The position numbers and the translations under genes were made by a program. From positions 13,727 to 77,726 of the forward strand of contig JBEKCV010000003.1 of NCBI GenBank assembly GCA_050014695.1: a stretch of 64,000 bases of DNA. The letters are read 5' to 3'. Below the pieces are notes generated by a model. That model was not told the origin of the DNA and searched no databases. It saw nothing but the letters and a program-made list of their open reading frames with translations. The stretch is from Thermodesulfovibrionales bacterium (GTDB lineage: Bacteria; Nitrospirota; Thermodesulfovibrionia; Thermodesulfovibrionales; UBA9159). Shown one piece after another: positions 61,019 through 64,000 of the stretch. Each line of letters opens with the position of its first letter. Position 1 is the first letter of the stretch.

Positions 61019-61828
61019 CAGAGAAGTGACGTACCCTTATTCATACTCCTCGTAATCTGCGACAGTTTCACTCTGTTTAATAGTCGGGGTGGAGTTGAAA
61101 CGAAGTTGTCCCTTGCTTTCGTTGAAGTAGAAAGGACCCGCGTTGCATTATCCTAAGCCGCAGCCTCCTTTCTGTCAATGGATTTCCGCCGCAAGGAGAG
61201 CGATTCAATCCGGGTCTGGAGCAATCGACATTCTTTTCGACAGTCATCGGTTCAATTAAACCTATTGCCACCTTATAAAGGCAAGTAGATTTTTGACGGT
61301 GCTCTGATAAGCTTAGACTATGATGACAAACGGGACCGCTAAAAAGCGGGGGAGGCGCAGATGTTGTGGTGATAGAATCTCTGTACGATGCCTGATTTTC
61401 ACTATATTCTTCAAACAGTTATGGGATAGGACGATGAGCACCTCCATCAGTTCACCATTTGTAGGGAAATCTGCCTCCCCCGGTTTTTAGCAGTCTCCGC
61501 AGTTTCTGCTGCGGGAACCTTTCGCAGTCGGGGTGCAGGGCGTCGGAGACGCCTGCCGACCCACGGGGTTAATACCCCGTGGTGGCGTGGCTTTAGTTTA
61601 TTACTACACATGCCTTGCTGCCGTCTTATTTCTCAGTCTGATTGCTTCGCGAAGACATAGGGAAACATCTATCCATTTCGGATTTTTCATCTGCCTCCCC
61701 AAGAGGCTTCTTCTGAAGCCGTTGAGTTTGACCCTTACTGTGTACCACTCTGGCGTAATCAAACGACGGGTCTCGGGATCCAAGGTACGTATTTAAAAGC
61801 ATGACCGGCCGAATCTTGGCCAGATCTG

Positions 61829-62629
61829 TCAGTTCGCCGTCTTCGAAGTTCTGCCGGATGCGATCTCGCCTGGTGCACCTTCATCAAACCTGAGTGTTTT
61901 TTCGGCCTGAGCAAGGGCCGCCCGGGCGGCATCCGTTGTTCGCTTGATATCTGAAGCCAGGGGCCCAACCTCGGTTTTAAGATTTTTCACGAGCGCATCA
62001 GTGTTTTTGAGCAACTGATTCAGCGAGCCGATGCTTGCCTGCAGGTCCGGGGAATTGACGAGCCTATTTATTCCCGCGAGGGTTTCGTTTAATCTATCTG
62101 CGATCTCGTTGAGCGGCAATTCCTCGAGTCTTTTTGTCAGTAGCTCCAGACCCGAAGGAATTGTCGGGATCTCAGGATACTTCTTTTCGAGACCTACAAG
62201 CCTGAGCGGAGTATTCGGGTGGAAATCGATATTGACCGTAAGTCGGCCGGTGTCAAAACTCTTGAGCTGGAGCTAGGCTCTCAGCCCTTTCTTTATCAAT
62301 GCCTGAAGATACTGTTCGTCATAGATAGGTTTGTCTTCTATTGGCACAATTTGTTGCGGATAGATTTCTATGTAAACTGGGATGAAAGCGATGAGTTGTT
62401 TCGCGTTGATTCGCAAGACGATGTCAGTCACCTGCCCTATCTGGACGCCACGAAACATAACCGGTGCCCCGATCTGGAGCCCTTTCACCGAGCCCTCAAA
62501 GAACATCACGTCCTTTTTGACCTGTCTGAAGAACTTGCCTGAACCAAAGACGACTACAGCCGCAACGATGAGAACCAAAGCGCCGATGACAAAAGCGCCG
62601 ATGAGCGACTTGCTTGCCTTTTTACTCAT
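61829..62629 (-). pseudogene. MlaD/MCE-family protein with in-frame TAG and 3' truncation
   Basis: FEGSVKGLQIGAPVMFRGVQIGQV; GLRA*LQLKSFDTG continues in frame to PEIPTIPS. Confidence 0.85.
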
Positions 62630-62912
62630 TTTTTTTCTCCTTAATCATCTATCTACCTTATTACTTCTTGTGCGCGTTCCTCTCCCCGGAGTCAGAAAGT
62701 TGATCACGGTGAGTCGTGTTTCTTTCTCTCTTCCTCACGTACCCCATCTTGATTGACTATAACACCTAATAGAGCTAATAGAGGAATAACAATACTAAGA
62801 TTAAGAAGTCTCTCTTGTTCCTTCTGAATGAACTTGTTGCTTGATTGAGTCTAGAATTCCTTCCCGGACCAATGCCCAGGAAGGAAAATGAATGCTTAAG
62901 AATAGGTGTCCT

Positions 62913-63635
62913 TCACTTGTCAGACTTCGGGCCATGCAATACGTACAGTGAAACCAGCCTCGCTAAAAGGATAGTCGGATAGAGTTGCCCGACAAGAGCT
63001 TCCATCATCGCTAAAGTCCGCGCGAAAGGATGTACGGGAATGATGTCTCCGTAGCCTAGGGTGGTAAGAGTCGTGACGCTGAAATAACTAAATATGTGCT
63101 GGAATCGGGGGTCGTCAATGTTTGGTGCCTTAGACGGAAAATTGATGGCTCCAGGGATAAGAAAGGAGATTAGATGATAGCCGAAAGCGAATGCCATTGC
63201 GATTAGCAGGTATGCTGCAACTGCTGCCCGAATGCGATGCCGGGTCACTGGACCCTCTTTGTAGACATATCTCAAAATAAAACTCAAAAATGCTATTGCA
63301 GTCGCCAGTGCAAGCAAGGTGTCCCAGCCCCGGAGCCATTTTACTCCGAAGATGAAAGATACCAAATTGACAGAAATCGCTATTACGACCATCCCCCCAA
63401 AAACCATCCGGGTTATTTTACTGTGAGTTAACGCAAAAAGGCACAATAGAAATATCACTGATATAACTAAACTGTTCATAATTTGGATTGCAATAACGCT
63501 GCTGACCACACTCACTAAAGGATAGACGATAAGAATGTCGAATATAAGCGCTACCAGCAACCACGTTAGCAGCCGTTCGTCAGACCGGACTTGAGTAAGA
63601 TATCTGAAGATGCTTTCTATTTTTTCCCCGATCAT
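62913..63635 (-). CDS. potassium-channel-family (Ion_trans_2) membrane protein
   Basis: YFSVTTLTTLGYGDI pore signature. Confidence 0.9.
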   Translation of the reverse strand: MIGEKIESIFRYLTQVRSDERLLTWLLVALIFDILIVYPLVSVVSSVIAIQIMNSLVISVIFLLCLFALTHSKITRMVFGGMVVIAISVNLVSFIFGVKWLRGWDTLLALATAIAFLSFILRYVYKEGPVTRHRIRAAVAAYLLIAMAFAFGYHLISFLIPGAINFPSKAPNIDDPRFQHIFSYFSVTTLTTLGYGDIIPVHPFARTLAMMEALVGQLYPTILLARLVSLYVLHGPKSDK

Positions 63636-63727
63636 TCATTACCCTTTCTGTTATCTGAGAATTCCTTAGCTTGTTTATTATGGTTGCCAATCCCAATCCA
63701 AAGGTATAGCCTCAGCCGACGGAATAT

Positions 63728-64000
63728 TTACTTTCCCTCTATGATCGGTTTTATCTGCCAGACCTGATCGCAGTATTCCCGTATGGATCGGTCGGATGAA
63801 AACTTCCCCATGCGGGCCACATTAAGTACCGCCATGCGGATCCAATTTTCCTGATCGCGATAAGCGGAACTTACCCGGTCCTGACAATCAATGTAGGATT
63901 GGTAATCCGCCAGGAGCAGGAAAGGATCATGGTCCAGTAAATTGTCGACCAGCGGCCTAAAGAGTTCCCCCTCTCCCTTCGAAAAATACCCTGAACGGAT
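63728..64000 (-). CDS. glgP: glycogen/starch phosphorylase, 3' end (partial)
   Basis: [32 protein letters not shown]. Confidence 0.92.
   Translation of the reverse strand: MRSGYFSKGEGELFRPLVDNLLDHDPFLLLADYQSYIDCQDRVSSAYRDQENWIRMAVLNVARMGKFSSDRSIREYCDQVWQIKPIIEGK

Overview
Bacterial chromosomal window, with gene content and order resembling Nitrospirota/Thermodesulfovibrionia-like or deltaproteobacterial genomes (my inference). It probably lies at the replication terminus, because a XerCD dif-like site sits at 49736-49763. Housekeeping blocks (rsmD-coaD; pepF-aroE...rpe-PASTA-rsmB-fmt-def; purC, glgC, tRNA nucleotidyltransferase, mtaB-miaB, lysS-lolC/E) alternate with patchwork accessory zones (1-14 kb, 27.6-35 kb, 55.3-64 kb) full of gene fragments, IS200/IS605, IS607 and IS5 remnants, a MITE and an orphan integron cassette. 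The main feature is an apparently intact ~10.7 kb phage-satellite-like element integrated in tRNA-Asp(GTC). It is bounded by a 25-bp att repeat (14244-14268 / 24918-24942) with symmetric IHF and arm-type sites. It encodes a tyrosine integrase, a TerS-like protein, a PC4-like SSB, a primase-helicase with an iteron-like origin, a serine recombinase, secreted Cys-rich cargo and a three-gene HigB-HigA(long tail)-DUF3467-like module that may be an undescribed toxin-antitoxin-chaperone-like defence system. All family assignments come from motif recognition by eye, not database searches.
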